Shown here: piece after piece, positions 17,601 to 26,752 of the stretch
Numbering within the stretch: position 1 is the stretch's first letter
Layout: the number at the start of each line of letters is the position of its first letter
Origin: an uncultured Candidatus Saccharibacteria bacterium
GTDB taxonomy: Bacteria; Patescibacteriota; Saccharimonadia; Saccharimonadales; AWTP1-31
DNA: 64,000 nt
NCBI GenBank assembly: GCA_964629815.1
Contig: CAZVTA010000001.1
Coordinates: 10,100 to 74,099 of the forward strand
Reading direction: 5' to 3'
Notes under the pieces: generated by a model
The model's database searches: none
Seen by the model: only the letters and a program-made list of their open reading frames with translations
What the model was told of the DNA's origin: nothing
Program-made: the position numbers and the translations under genes

Positions 17601-19505
17601 AATACTATCTATGTACGCACATGGGATAACGCGGGCAATGTAACTACGAGTTATGTTACCGCTGCCTTAAAAGTAAATACCAATGGTTCACCATCAGAAC
17701 CCCAGAATGTTACCGCTACGCCCACTACTAATGTGACTAATAGCTTTGCGTTTAGTTGGACTACTCCGGCAACCTATGTTGGGCAGGCAAGTGGCTTAAC
17801 GTACTGCTATACCATAAACGTGGTGCCCTCATCAGGCAACTGTTCCTTTACGGCTGCTGGTGTAACGAGTCTTGACGCTGGCGCTTATGCAACCCAGCCG
17901 GGAACAAACACGTTTTATGTTGTCGCGAAGGACGAGTCAAGCAACATTAATTATTCTAGCTATGCGAGTACGACCTTTACGGCAAATACGCCGGCGCCAG
18001 GCTTGCCGGTTAATGTTGACGTAGTAGATGTATCCCTGAAAGCAACGAGCAATTGGCGCCTTGCTCTTACGTGGGACGAGCCGGATGACACAGGTGCGGG
18101 TATCGCGAGCTATAAGATTTTTCGTAGCACTGATAATAATTCATTCTCTCAAGTAGGCTCAAGTAGTAGTACCTCGTATGTGGATAGCGGATTGTCACAG
18201 CAAGAGTACTTCTACCGTATTAAGGCTTGTGACAGCGCAAACCAGTGCAGCGCGGTCAGTTCTACGGTAAACGAGACCCCTACCGGAAAGTTTACCGCTC
18301 CTGCCAATATGACAAGCGAACCGGAGGTGAGTGATATTACGACGAAACGAGCCACGATTAGCTGGAGCACCGACAGAACATCCGATAGTAAAATACAAAT
18401 AGGTACGGCTAGTGGCGAGTATAGTCCGTCGGAAGTTGGTAACTCTGAACAGGTTACGGCTCATGACATAGAGCTAGATAATCTTGCCGCAGGCACAACT
18501 TACTATTTCAAGGCGTTATGGACTGACGAAGATGGGAATACGGGCATGAGTCAGGAATACTCGTTTACGACAGCACCTGCCCCCCTACTCAAAGAGGTTA
18601 ATACGCTTTTAGTAGGGCTAAGCACGGCAACGATACAATTTACTGTTAGGGATGCAACCAAGGTCTCGATTAGGTATGGAAAATCAGATGCTTTCGGGGG
18701 TATTAAGTCTCTGAATACATCTATGAATGAGTCAACCTACGAGGTTGAGCTGGGAGGATTAGACGATGGGGCGAAGTATCTATACCAGCTAACAATGACT
18801 GATAGCGAAGGTGGTGAGTATGACAGTAGTATCTTCTCGCTTACTACACCTCCTAGACCAAAGATTAGTAATCTACGCTTCCAGCCGGTTGCTGGAGAGC
18901 CAACAAGTACTCAGCAAATAACTTGGACAACCAATATAGCGACTTCTTCGATTGTTGCTTATGGCAAAACAGGTTCTAGTGGTACGATCATACAGACTAA
19001 CGAATTGAAGACTGCTCACGAGGTAGTGATTCGTGGCTTGGAAGACGACAGTGAATATTTCTTAATTGCGCAAGGAAGGGACTCTAACGGTAACCTGGCA
19101 ACTTCTGATAAGCAAGTTTTCAAGACGGCGCTCGATACACGGCCGCCATCAGTAAGCGACATTGTGATCGAGCCCAGCATCCGTGGTACCGGAACAGAGG
19201 CAAGAGGGCAGATTATTGTTTCGTGGAAGACCGACGAGCCGTCTACCAGTCAGGTTGCGTATGCAGAAGGCTCTGCTGCTACGGTATTCAATAATAAGAC
19301 CGCAGAAGATGCACAGCTAACAACTGAACATCTAGTGATCATATCAGATCTGCCACCAAGCCGGGTGTTTACAATATTGCCTATTTCTAAAGACAAATCC
19401 GGAAATGCGTCTTCTTCTACAGGACAAGCTGCGATAATTGGTAGGGCATCAGACAGTGTACTCAATATAGTTCTCAACACGCTTAGAAAGGTATTTGGTC
19501 TCTAG
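14640..19505 (+). CDS. Giant (1621 aa) N-terminally membrane-anchored surface protein with an FG-GAP/VCBS beta-propeller, a CBM-like jelly roll and multiple Ig/Fn3-like domains
   Basis: GTG start with SD. Basic K/R/H-rich N-terminus of about 80 aa, then one TM helix (LVHFSTLALYLAVITAMVLNA). Seven DxNxDGxxD-type repeats, then Ig-like and Fn3-like modules. High Thr/Ser/Asn/Gly content and no LPXTG. Confidence 0.85.
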   Translation: MEIGQKKHKRVTRAVKHGVGKVYPHAKKTVRVVYKGARAGTKITVHSAKRARYHLATRPHVYMQDNWAWYGKWHSWRWHKLVHFSTLALYLAVITAMVLNASNLPSSALSTWSQTNWSGGSGTNTSTQYESLSNIDATIANQLTLSKSSNSFSNSTFDSNLTGWNGYGKSYDTTQSYSASGSAKIIAGGVSSATFYNQITTTGVSNQNQIASGDINGDGLDDIAISTYVAVTGTEIRWYPSNGNGTYGSANIINTPTGGAYSLVIGDFTGDGWNDLVATQSYASGTNKLAYFTNNGSGSLSSPTEVTITGAPTGGTRTCYIKKGYIDSNASLDMVVTCNSANLFIFNNNGSGTFTQNNYAMGFTSGSTPPQLAIVDINNDSRPELVYNNTNTNSCLFYVMPNNGSTFDSPVSYTLNQCGTGSVVKYALAGGDINGDGYGDVAIGRRTGTGGTATSDTYYLTTLLGTSSTTLTTQTDYAGATGSDDATSEIVITDVTGDGYGDIMQELPSNSVMGYYKNNGNGTLAAKVDYSTGSGPSGIAATDFNGDGYLDFSVVNSTGGTISTFINRTPGDAITQTVNVGDISTYQLEVYAYTSGAAVTSADAVLWYNGAAVSTTFTASATPGWYKLTGTLTGANAKRSIGVLVKQGKTVYIDSFTVYKYSSSGYVNSAIFDPGYGGDWGNLAYTTTNSSGVTVKVRTSNSSSMSGATAFGSCSAITSGSDISSNGCVTDGDRYIQYQVTLTPVSGDTPVFSSFSLDYAAYDVLAPDTNASSIIMKKAAGGDDVALNDWTNGASPYFSWTAGADNAGGAGLLGYCVYLGTDNTADPVTTKGLLGTTPVSNAACPFIVNDTELDLGTAGLLGTALTTSNSAYYISIKAVDVVGNVYTGSSEQFHFRFDNTVPSNPAYLSAPSQFLNTKTATVTWPASGDGVAADANSGLAGLQYKINSSVWYGDDHTGDGDINDLLANDGAYTTIDPTDFDNINDGVNTIYVRTWDNAGNVTTSYVTAALKVNTNGSPSEPQNVTATPTTNVTNSFAFSWTTPATYVGQASGLTYCYTINVVPSSGNCSFTAAGVTSLDAGAYATQPGTNTFYVVAKDESSNINYSSYASTTFTANTPAPGLPVNVDVVDVSLKATSNWRLALTWDEPDDTGAGIASYKIFRSTDNNSFSQVGSSSSTSYVDSGLSQQEYFYRIKACDSANQCSAVSSTVNETPTGKFTAPANMTSEPEVSDITTKRATISWSTDRTSDSKIQIGTASGEYSPSEVGNSEQVTAHDIELDNLAAGTTYYFKALWTDEDGNTGMSQEYSFTTAPAPLLKEVNTLLVGLSTATIQFTVRDATKVSIRYGKSDAFGGIKSLNTSMNESTYEVELGGLDDGAKYLYQLTMTDSEGGEYDSSIFSLTTPPRPKISNLRFQPVAGEPTSTQQITWTTNIATSSIVAYGKTGSSGTIIQTNELKTAHEVVIRGLEDDSEYFLIAQGRDSNGNLATSDKQVFKTALDTRPPSVSDIVIEPSIRGTGTEARGQIIVSWKTDEPSTSQVAYAEGSAATVFNNKTAEDAQLTTEHLVIISDLPPSRVFTILPISKDKSGNASSSTGQAAIIGRASDSVLNIVLNTLRKVFGL
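15276..16298 (+). repeat. Seven FG-GAP/VCBS-like calcium-binding repeats (protein-level repeat, probable 7-bladed propeller)
   Basis: GDINGDGLDDIA, GDFTGDGWNDLV, GYIDSNASLDMV, VDINNDSRPELV, GDINGDGYGDVA, TDVTGDGYGDIM and TDFNGDGYLDFS, spaced about 50-60 aa apart. Confidence 0.7.
18291..19440 (+). repeat. Four tandem Fn3-like modules of about 95 aa each (purple-acid-phosphatase-N-like) at the C-terminus of the giant protein
   Basis: Recurrent pattern (A/I)T(I/V)xW(S/T)T(D/N)...S.(V/I)xYG...T.H.(V/I).(L/I)..L...T.Y.(F/Y), each module ending in a T(A/P)P-type linker. Confidence 0.6.
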
Positions 19506-19507
19506 CT

Positions 19508-20281
19508 ATGGATGCTCAAAAAACACTCATTTCGGTGAATGACCTTATACAAAAGTTTACCGTTGGTGATGAATTGATAGAGATTTTACACAAGAGTAGC
19601 TTTAGTCTCAAGGAAAATACATTCAATATTATCTATGGGCCATCAGGATCTGGTAAATCTACTATGCTTAATGTTTTGAGCGGTATTCAGGCGCCTACAG
19701 AAGGCAGCGTGCAATACGAGGGTCAAGATATATATAAGTACAGCCCAGAGCAACTAGCATATTTTCGTGCAAAATACATTGGTGTGGTATATCAACAAAA
19801 TTACTGGGTGAATAGTATGAATGTTATTGAGAACGTATCTGTGCCGTTGTATTTCTTGGGTTATACTCGCGCGGCCGCTTCTAAGGTGGCTATGGATGCT
19901 TTGCAACGAGTAGATATGGCGACTTTTGCAAAGAAAAGTCCTCTTATGCTGTCTGGTGGTGAACAACAGCGTATTGCCATGGCTCGGGCGATTGTTAATG
20001 ATCCTAAAGTCATTATCGCCGATGAGCCAACGGGCAACTTAGACTCAAAAAACGGCGATATGATTATGGCTTTACTCCGTAGTTACAATAAGGACCTTAA
20101 CCGTACAATCATCCTTGTTACCCATAACATGGAGTATCTACCACTCGCTGATCAATTAATCCGGGTTCAAGATGGTGAGTGTCAGCCAATGGAAAGTCAC
20201 GATATCGACAAAATTACCAATGTGCTCATGCAGGAAGTAAGAGATAGAATAGAAAGATTAGCAAAGGCAAAAAATGGATAG
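19508..20281 (+). CDS. ABC transporter ATP-binding protein (MacB/LolD/FtsE-like family)
   Basis: Walker A GPSGSGKST, signature LSGGEQQRIAMARA, Walker [12 protein letters not shown]. Starts 2 nt after the giant gene's stop. Confidence 0.92.
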   Translation: MDAQKTLISVNDLIQKFTVGDELIEILHKSSFSLKENTFNIIYGPSGSGKSTMLNVLSGIQAPTEGSVQYEGQDIYKYSPEQLAYFRAKYIGVVYQQNYWVNSMNVIENVSVPLYFLGYTRAAASKVAMDALQRVDMATFAKKSPLMLSGGEQQRIAMARAIVNDPKVIIADEPTGNLDSKNGDMIMALLRSYNKDLNRTIILVTHNMEYLPLADQLIRVQDGECQPMESHDIDKITNVLMQEVRDRIERLAKAKNG

Positions 20282-21491
20282 CTACAAAAATAAACAGCGA
20301 CCAACCATAAAGATGCGGATGCTTCTATATATGTCCTGGCGTAACTTGATCAGCAAGAAGCTTCGCTCTACGTTAACAATTGCCGGTATTGTAGTGGGTA
20401 TTGGCTCTATTGCATTTTTAATATCGTTTGGTCTTGGTCTACAGCGACTCGTCACCGAGAACGTTATTGGAGAAAAGTCGATAAAGTCTGTAGACATTTC
20501 GAGCCCAAATTCAAAAATCATCAAGCTTGATAGTAACGCAGTCAATAAAATCAAAAAATATCCACATATTGAGAAAATTGGTATTGAATACTCGTTTCCA
20601 GCAAGCGTAGGACTTAAAGGTGGTGGTATTGACTCCGTTATCTATGGCGTAGACGGTGCGTATCAGGATCTAACGACGCTAAATTTGGTTGAAGGCCGAC
20701 TTCTAAAAGAGACTGATAATAAGGTTGCTATCGTAAGTACTTCTGCGCTCCGATCAATAGGAATCACGGACGCAAAAAAGGCGATAAAGCAAAAACTTGA
20801 GGTAACGGTGCCGCTACAGTATGTCGATTCAAAAATCAGCGAACTGCGAGACACCTTTTTGGTTGTTGGGGTTATCGACTCCGGGCAGAGTAACGAAATT
20901 TTTGTTCCAAGTGCGCTTTTTGATGTTGCAGGAGTTCCAAGCTACAAGCAGGTTAAGGTTGTGGCTGATGATACAAAAAACATCGCGGCGCTCCGAAAGC
21001 AAATAGAGTCAAATGGCTTAATGACCTCCTCGCCAATTGATACGCTCGATCAGATTAACCAGTTGTTTAAGTTTTTTAATATTATCCTCGCGGGTTTTGG
21101 TGGTATTGGTATTGTTGTTGCTATTCTTGGTATGTTTAACACTCTCACTATTTCGCTGCTAGAGCGAACAAAAGAAATAGGCCTTATGGTAACGCTCGGT
21201 GGTAGGCGTAAAGATATGAGAAGACTCTTCATGCTAGAAGCCGTCATGCTTTCGTTTATTGGCGTATGTTTGGGTATTGCCGTTTCATTCTTTGCGAGTA
21301 GATTAGTCAACTACCTCATAAATGAAAATGCCGCAAAACGCGTGAACGAGCGATTTGATGTTTTCTCAATGCCGTTTTGGCTAATGTGTGCGCTGACTCT
21401 GTTTATGATTATTATTGGAGTGTTTGTTGCATATTTTCCAGCGCGCAGAGCGCAAAAAATTAGTCCAATCGATGCGCTGCGACGCGAATAG
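20274..21491 (+). CDS. ABC transporter permease, MacB/FtsX-type (1 TM, large extracytoplasmic domain, 3 TM)
   Basis: 405 aa. N-terminal TM, about 230-aa external domain, and a C-terminal FtsX-domain TM bundle ending ...ARRAQKISPIDALRRE. 8-nt overlap with the ATPase gene. Confidence 0.9.
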   Translation: MDSYKNKQRPTIKMRMLLYMSWRNLISKKLRSTLTIAGIVVGIGSIAFLISFGLGLQRLVTENVIGEKSIKSVDISSPNSKIIKLDSNAVNKIKKYPHIEKIGIEYSFPASVGLKGGGIDSVIYGVDGAYQDLTTLNLVEGRLLKETDNKVAIVSTSALRSIGITDAKKAIKQKLEVTVPLQYVDSKISELRDTFLVVGVIDSGQSNEIFVPSALFDVAGVPSYKQVKVVADDTKNIAALRKQIESNGLMTSSPIDTLDQINQLFKFFNIILAGFGGIGIVVAILGMFNTLTISLLERTKEIGLMVTLGGRRKDMRRLFMLEAVMLSFIGVCLGIAVSFFASRLVNYLINENAAKRVNERFDVFSMPFWLMCALTLFMIIIGVFVAYFPARRAQKISPIDALRRE

Positions 21492-21543
21492 CTTCGTAAT
21501 AACTTTGGCTTATGGTTAAATAGTACAAGGTAAAAAGAGGCGT

Positions 21544-22305
21544 ATGAGCAAGATAGTATCTATTCTTAATCAGAAGGGTGGCGTAGGGAAGACAACAACA
21601 GCTATAAATCTAGGTGCATACCTTGCAAAAAGAGGTAAGAGCGTACTGATTGTTGACCTTGACCCCCAAGGTAACGCCACAAGCGGACTAGGGATAGACA
21701 AACATTCCCTAGAGGCGAGCATGTATGATGTGCTGTTTGGTGCGGTCCCTGCAGAAAAGATAATTGTTGAAACAGCGCAGTCTGGACTTTTTATAGCACC
21801 GACTAACGAACAGCTAGCAGCAGCAGAAGTTGATCTTGCTTCAGAGCAAATGAGAGAGGGCAAGCTTCGCCAGGCTTTAGAACATTTGGTTTTTGATATT
21901 ATTTTAATCGACTGTCCGCCTGCTTTAAGTCTGCTTACGATTAATGCATTGACAGCAGCTGACTATGTTCTTATTCCTGTGCAAGCCGAGTATTACGCCC
22001 TTGAGGGTCTAAGTCAGCTCCTGGGAGTGGTGCAAAGGATTAGGGGCGGTCTTAATCCGCGACTAGAGCTTCTTGGTGTAGTGGTTACGATGCACGATAG
22101 TCGCACATCACTCTCTGATCAGGTTGTTTCGGAACTGAAGAAGCATTTTGGAGATAAGTTGCTGCAAACAATCATCCCCCGTAATGTGCGGCTTGCTGAG
22201 GCGCCAAGCTACGGAAAATCTATAGCGGAGCACGATAAATGGTCTAAGGGGGCAAGAAGCTATAAGCAACTGGCGAAGGAGGTAGATGCTCGTGTCGGTC
22301 ACTAA
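21544..22305 (+). CDS. parA: Chromosome partitioning ATPase ParA/Soj
   Basis: Deviant Walker A NQKGGVGKTTTA, DLDPQGNAT and IDCPP motifs. Confidence 0.95.
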   Translation: MSKIVSILNQKGGVGKTTTAINLGAYLAKRGKSVLIVDLDPQGNATSGLGIDKHSLEASMYDVLFGAVPAEKIIVETAQSGLFIAPTNEQLAAAEVDLASEQMREGKLRQALEHLVFDIILIDCPPALSLLTINALTAADYVLIPVQAEYYALEGLSQLLGVVQRIRGGLNPRLELLGVVVTMHDSRTSLSDQVVSELKKHFGDKLLQTIIPRNVRLAEAPSYGKSIAEHDKWSKGARSYKQLAKEVDARVGH

Positions 22306-23164
22306 AGCAAAGGGTCTCGGGCGTGGTTTTGATGCGCTCATTCCACAGAATTTTGATAGTTCGCTTATTCAAGAACAAGGCGAGCGCGTTGAGCAATTAC
22401 CCGTACGCAATCTCGTAGCAAATCCTGAGCAGCCACGTAAACAGTTTGATCAGTCCGAGCTTGAGGGTCTCGCACAATCTATAGCCGAACACGGAGTGAT
22501 ACAGCCTCTTGTTGTTACGTCCGACGGAACTGGTAAGTATTATGTTATTGCGGGTGAACGACGGTGGCGAGCATCGCTATTGGCGGGCATTGAAACCGTA
22601 CCTGCGGTTGTACGAACAATAAAGCAGTTACAGCGTCTCGAGCTGGCCATTGTAGAGAATGTGCAACGTGTTGATCTTTCTCCGCTTGAGCAAGCAGCGT
22701 CTATTGTTCAGCTTCATGAACAATTTAGTCAAGACATGGCAACTATTGCAAAGCGGCTCGGCAAGGCGCCGAGTACGGTTCAGAATATTGTTCGACTACT
22801 GCAGCTACCAGATCAAGCAAAACAGGCTTTAGCGCAGGGTAATATATCTGAAGGACATGCCCGTGCAATTTTGGCACTCAAAGAAGAAAACGATCGGCTC
22901 AAGATGTTGGAGCTGATAATTTCAAACGGTTGGTCTGTGCGCCAAGCAGAACGTTATGCGAGTGCACAAAAAGCTGGCATAAAACAGGTGGCGGCTGCTA
23001 AGAAGCGGGTCGAGACATCGAATAAACATACAGAGCGCTTGTCGCAAGTTATTAAAGCGCCAGTTAGTCTGCGACGTACTGCCAAGGGTGGAAAGATAGA
23101 GATATCGTTCAAGACCGATGCCGAATTCAAGAGAATTATTGCGATACTATCGAAACAAAAATAA
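22286..23164 (+). CDS. parB: Chromosome partitioning protein ParB/Spo0J
   Basis: GLGRGFDALI N-terminus, ParB box GERRWRA, HTH region. Overlaps the parA end. Confidence 0.95.
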   Translation: MLVSVTKAKGLGRGFDALIPQNFDSSLIQEQGERVEQLPVRNLVANPEQPRKQFDQSELEGLAQSIAEHGVIQPLVVTSDGTGKYYVIAGERRWRASLLAGIETVPAVVRTIKQLQRLELAIVENVQRVDLSPLEQAASIVQLHEQFSQDMATIAKRLGKAPSTVQNIVRLLQLPDQAKQALAQGNISEGHARAILALKEENDRLKMLELIISNGWSVRQAERYASAQKAGIKQVAAAKKRVETSNKHTERLSQVIKAPVSLRRTAKGGKIEISFKTDAEFKRIIAILSKQK

Positions 23165-23178
23165 AAGAGGGTAGTCTT

Positions 23179-23913
23179 CTAAAAGGTTTTGCCTTTACCA
23201 AAGGGATATACGCGCAAGATTAGTTTTCCAGTGAGGTCATTAGCATCTATGGGGCCAAACGCTCTAGAATCAAGCGAGTTTGTCCTGTTGTCTCCGCAGA
23301 CGAAAACCTGGCCTTCCGGCACAATTAGCTCCACATCACCAGGTGTTGTTTTGATGACTTTGCCATAGTCGGCATCATCAGGCTTAAACCCGTTTGGATT
23401 TGACTGGTTATATACGGTTAATACATTATTCTTAACGACAACGCGTTCGCCTGGCAGTGCAACGACACGCTTAATGAGTTGACGAGAAGTATTTCCTCCG
23501 AATGCAAAGCTTTCTTCGCGCTTAAATACTACGATATCCCCTCTGTTTGGAATGTATGGCTTTCTCGTGATGCGCGCAATGGTTTTTGGCAACTTGTAGA
23601 CAATAAGTCGGTCATGGTTTTGTAAGGTAGTTTCCATGCTTGGTCCGTCAACCTCGTATGACTGAAAAACAAACGCAGTCAAGGAAAGCGCGATGAGTGG
23701 AGCGATAATTAGTATTGCAATAGTAGACAGGATGCCTCGAATACCTTCGCCGCGATTATCCTGGGCTTCGTCTGTTGCGTCTGCTTGTGAATCGTTACTT
23801 ACTGTTTGATGACTAGGAGTAGAATCTTGGTTGGTTTGAATAGGAGACGAAGGACTGACTGAAGGAGTATCTTTTTGGTCATCGGGTGTTGGTGTTTCGC
23901 TGTTCATATGCAC
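23179..23913 (-). CDS. lepB: Signal peptidase I
   Basis: Catalytic Ser box GPSMETTL, RGDIVVF, KRVVALPGE and GDNRTNSLDSR. N-terminal low-complexity region plus a TM helix. Confidence 0.93.
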   Translation of the reverse strand: MHMNSETPTPDDQKDTPSVSPSSPIQTNQDSTPSHQTVSNDSQADATDEAQDNRGEGIRGILSTIAILIIAPLIALSLTAFVFQSYEVDGPSMETTLQNHDRLIVYKLPKTIARITRKPYIPNRGDIVVFKREESFAFGGNTSRQLIKRVVALPGERVVVKNNVLTVYNQSNPNGFKPDDADYGKVIKTTPGDVELIVPEGQVFVCGDNRTNSLDSRAFGPIDANDLTGKLILRVYPFGKGKTF

Positions 23914-24008
23914 AGCCTACTATAGCGGAAAATGGGGCGTTATGCACATGTTAATACATGGTCAATTACAGCTGTTCCTCAGAATCTTTGGTATACTGGA
24001 TAGTAAAT

Positions 24009-24758
24009 ATGAGACAAATTACGGCCAAAATAAAACCTAAGTCCGGATTCGCAAACATACTGCATTATCTGTTGCTTTCGTTGTTGCCAATAACAATATT
24101 CGTACTCGTGCGACTTCGCTTTTTTCAGTTGGCGGCAGCGCTTATCGTGGTAAGTAAATGGCGCATGTTTGCAGTAAAGCCGCGGCACTGGCCTGCGAAC
24201 TTACGTGCAAATGCTGTAGATATAATTGTTGGCATAGCATTCTTGGTGTTTATGATTCAGAGTGCTTCACAGGCTGGACAGCTGTTCTGGGCATTCGGAT
24301 ACATCGGCTGGTTGACATGGCTGAAGCCAAAATCGAGTGATTTAGGGGTGTCGGTGCAGGCGCTCGCAGCACAGGTCCTAGGCATGATAGCGGTCTATCT
24401 TGTTTGGGGTAGTGCGCCTATTATTGTGCTTATGCTTGCTTCATGGGCCGTTTCTTATTCGGCAGCGCGACACTTTTTTGCAAACTTTGAAGAATCATAT
24501 ATTCGGTTCTTGGCGTATTCTTGGGGCTTCTTTTCATTGGCGCTCTCTTGGCTGACAGGGCATTGGCTGATTTTTTATGGATCTGTTTCGCAGCCAGCGC
24601 TACTCCTTGCAGTGCTTTCATTTGGTCTTGGTTCGCTATACTATCTCGATAAGACAGATAGGCTTAGTCCAATGCTTCGAAGGCAACTACTTGTGTTGAT
24701 GACGGGAGTTGTATTAATAATTATTACGTTCTCGGAATGGGGGGATAGAACGATATAA
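24009..24758 (+). CDS. Polytopic membrane protein of unknown function
   Basis: About 250 aa with 6-7 predicted hydrophobic helices and no motif I recognise. ATG 24009 is preferred over the track's 23958. Confidence 0.6.
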   Translation: MRQITAKIKPKSGFANILHYLLLSLLPITIFVLVRLRFFQLAAALIVVSKWRMFAVKPRHWPANLRANAVDIIVGIAFLVFMIQSASQAGQLFWAFGYIGWLTWLKPKSSDLGVSVQALAAQVLGMIAVYLVWGSAPIIVLMLASWAVSYSAARHFFANFEESYIRFLAYSWGFFSLALSWLTGHWLIFYGSVSQPALLLAVLSFGLGSLYYLDKTDRLSPMLRRQLLVLMTGVVLIIITFSEWGDRTI

Positions 24759-24759
24759 G

Positions 24760-25935
24760 ATGGTAAGACTCAAAGATAAAGCTTCACATGCGTTTCGGTT
24801 AAGTAAAAGTGATATAGCGCACAAAACACTACTGATTCTTATCTGTGTATCTGCAGGATTTTTGGGTGGGCGCCTTGGTAACTCGGGTGCCTCATTGTCT
24901 AGTACAACGATAGAAGCTAAGCAGCAAATCGTAAGTAGCGAAAGTCAGCTCATCAGCGGTATCGCCAAAAGTGTAGGAGCAAGTGTCGTGTCGGTAAACG
25001 CAACTGGCGAAACCGGGGCAAATGTTTTTGGATTTAGATCGTCACAGGTAGCAAGTGCTGGGACGGGCTTTATTATTAGTGATCAAGGGGTGATATTAAC
25101 TAATCGACATGTTGTTCCTGCTGGCAGCTCTTCGGTGAGTGTAACGCTATCTGATGGGACGAAATTTGATAATGTTGAGGTTATTGGTAGAACGGGCGAG
25201 TCTGATAGTTTGGATATTGCGTTCTTGAAGATACGCGATACTAAAGGCAAGAAGCTGACGGTAGCAAAAATAGGCGATTCAAGTAAGGTGCAGGTGGGCG
25301 ATAAGGTTATAGCTATCGGAAATGCACTTGGTCAGTTCCAGAATACTGTAACAAGCGGCATCATATCGGGATATGGAAGGAGTGTTCAAGCAGGAGATGG
25401 CAGTGGCTCTTCATCGGAAACACTTCAAAACTTGTTCCAAACAGATACGTCAATTAACAGGGGTAATTCTGGAGGGCCGCTCGTAAACCTTAGCGGTGAG
25501 GTTATTGGTATTAATACGGCTGTCGCCGGGAATGCAGAAAATATTGGCTTCTCGATACCCGTTAACGATGTTCAGGGGCTTATAAAAGGGGTCCTCGAGA
25601 AGGGTAAATTGTTGCGACCATATCTTGGTGTGCGTTATGTATCGTTAACCGACGATTATGCCTATCAGTATAATATTGGTGTAAAACGGGGTGCATATAT
25701 TGCCCCATCTACGTCGGGAGCCTCGTCGATTGCCGATGGAAGCCCGGCCGCAAAGGCAGGCCTCCAAGAAAAGGATGTAATTATAAAGATTGATAATACA
25801 AATATCGACGAAAACAATAGTCTCACATCTGTTCTTGGTAGAAAGACAGTTGGCGATAAGGTTGCAATTACTGTTGTGCGGGGTGGAAAAGAAAAAACAC
25901 TTACCGTAGTGCTTGAAGCTGCGCCAGAACAATAG
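24760..25935 (+). CDS. htrA: HtrA/DegP-family serine protease with one PDZ domain
   Basis: Catalytic triad context TNRHVV, DIAFLK and GNSGGPL. C-terminal PDZ (GSPAAKAGLQEKDVIIKID). N-terminal TM anchor. Confidence 0.92.
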   Translation: MVRLKDKASHAFRLSKSDIAHKTLLILICVSAGFLGGRLGNSGASLSSTTIEAKQQIVSSESQLISGIAKSVGASVVSVNATGETGANVFGFRSSQVASAGTGFIISDQGVILTNRHVVPAGSSSVSVTLSDGTKFDNVEVIGRTGESDSLDIAFLKIRDTKGKKLTVAKIGDSSKVQVGDKVIAIGNALGQFQNTVTSGIISGYGRSVQAGDGSGSSSETLQNLFQTDTSINRGNSGGPLVNLSGEVIGINTAVAGNAENIGFSIPVNDVQGLIKGVLEKGKLLRPYLGVRYVSLTDDYAYQYNIGVKRGAYIAPSTSGASSIADGSPAAKAGLQEKDVIIKIDNTNIDENNSLTSVLGRKTVGDKVAITVVRGGKEKTLTVVLEAAPEQ

Positions 25936-25939
25936 GTAG

Positions 25940-26752
25940 TTATTTTTTCTGCAGTACAATACAGAAGTCGTGTATTGTTACAGTCCGGAACGCGTGTGAG
26001 AATGCGGCTATGCGTTGCATCTGTCTCGGCTCGGCTTCTAATACAATGTAACCGTTTTTCTGTAGTGCAGAGGGGGTGTCTTTGATGAATGTAAGTAGCT
26101 TGTATATTAGGTCAAGACCATCGTTGTCTGCGAAGAGTGCAAGTGATGGTTCGCACTTGGTTTCTGTCGAGGTTTTTTGTTGATTGCTAACATAGGGCAA
26201 ATTGGCGACAATGAGTGAAAAGGGGCCCGATGCATTTGTGAGTAGGTCAGACTGCGCAAAATTGATATCCTGATGAAGCTGTGTGGCATTTTTGCGCGCA
26301 ATAACAAGTGCTTTTCGGCTGATATCGACGGCGCTTACTTCGGCATTCGTAAAAAGGTATTTTAAGGTTATTGCGATTGCTCCTGAGCCGGTGCCCACAT
26401 CAATTATTCGCAGATTCTTTTTCGGGAGATTGAGGGTGCGAATTTGTTCAATAAGCTCCTCGGTCTCTGGACGAGGAATAAGCACGTGTTTATTCACTTG
26501 AAACATACGGCCGTAAAACTCTTTTTTGCCCATTATGTATGCGAGGGGAATGCGCTTGAGTCTCTTTTTCCGTAGTCGATTAAGCCGCAAGAGTAGGACG
26601 GGGGGGATATTCCGGTCGTCATGAGCAAGTATGGTTAAGCGATCTTGTTGCAGGACATACTCTAGGAGAATGAGCGCATCTAATCGCGACGATGAAATGC
26701 CGACACTACGAAAGAGGTTTGATGTGCTTTGCAGCCAATCACTGATTTTCAT
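25940..26752 (-). CDS. prmC: Release-factor glutamine N5-methyltransferase PrmC (HemK)
   Basis: SAM motif DVGTGSGAI and NPPY-variant ANLPYV, immediately downstream of prfA. ATG 26752 (MKISDWLQ...) is preferred over the track start 26791. Confidence 0.88.
   Translation of the reverse strand: MKISDWLQSTSNLFRSVGISSSRLDALILLEYVLQQDRLTILAHDDRNIPPVLLLRLNRLRKKRLKRIPLAYIMGKKEFYGRMFQVNKHVLIPRPETEELIEQIRTLNLPKKNLRIIDVGTGSGAIAITLKYLFTNAEVSAVDISRKALVIARKNATQLHQDINFAQSDLLTNASGPFSLIVANLPYVSNQQKTSTETKCEPSLALFADNDGLDLIYKLLTFIKDTPSALQKNGYIVLEAEPRQMQRIAAFSHAFRTVTIHDFCIVLQKK

Noticed and set aside
21492-23178. parS site (TGTTNCACGTGAAACA) near parAB
   Set aside because: I could not find a convincing match by eye. 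CACGTG-containing sequences at about 7527-7540 and about 11655-11672 match at most one half-site. A proper pattern search is needed.
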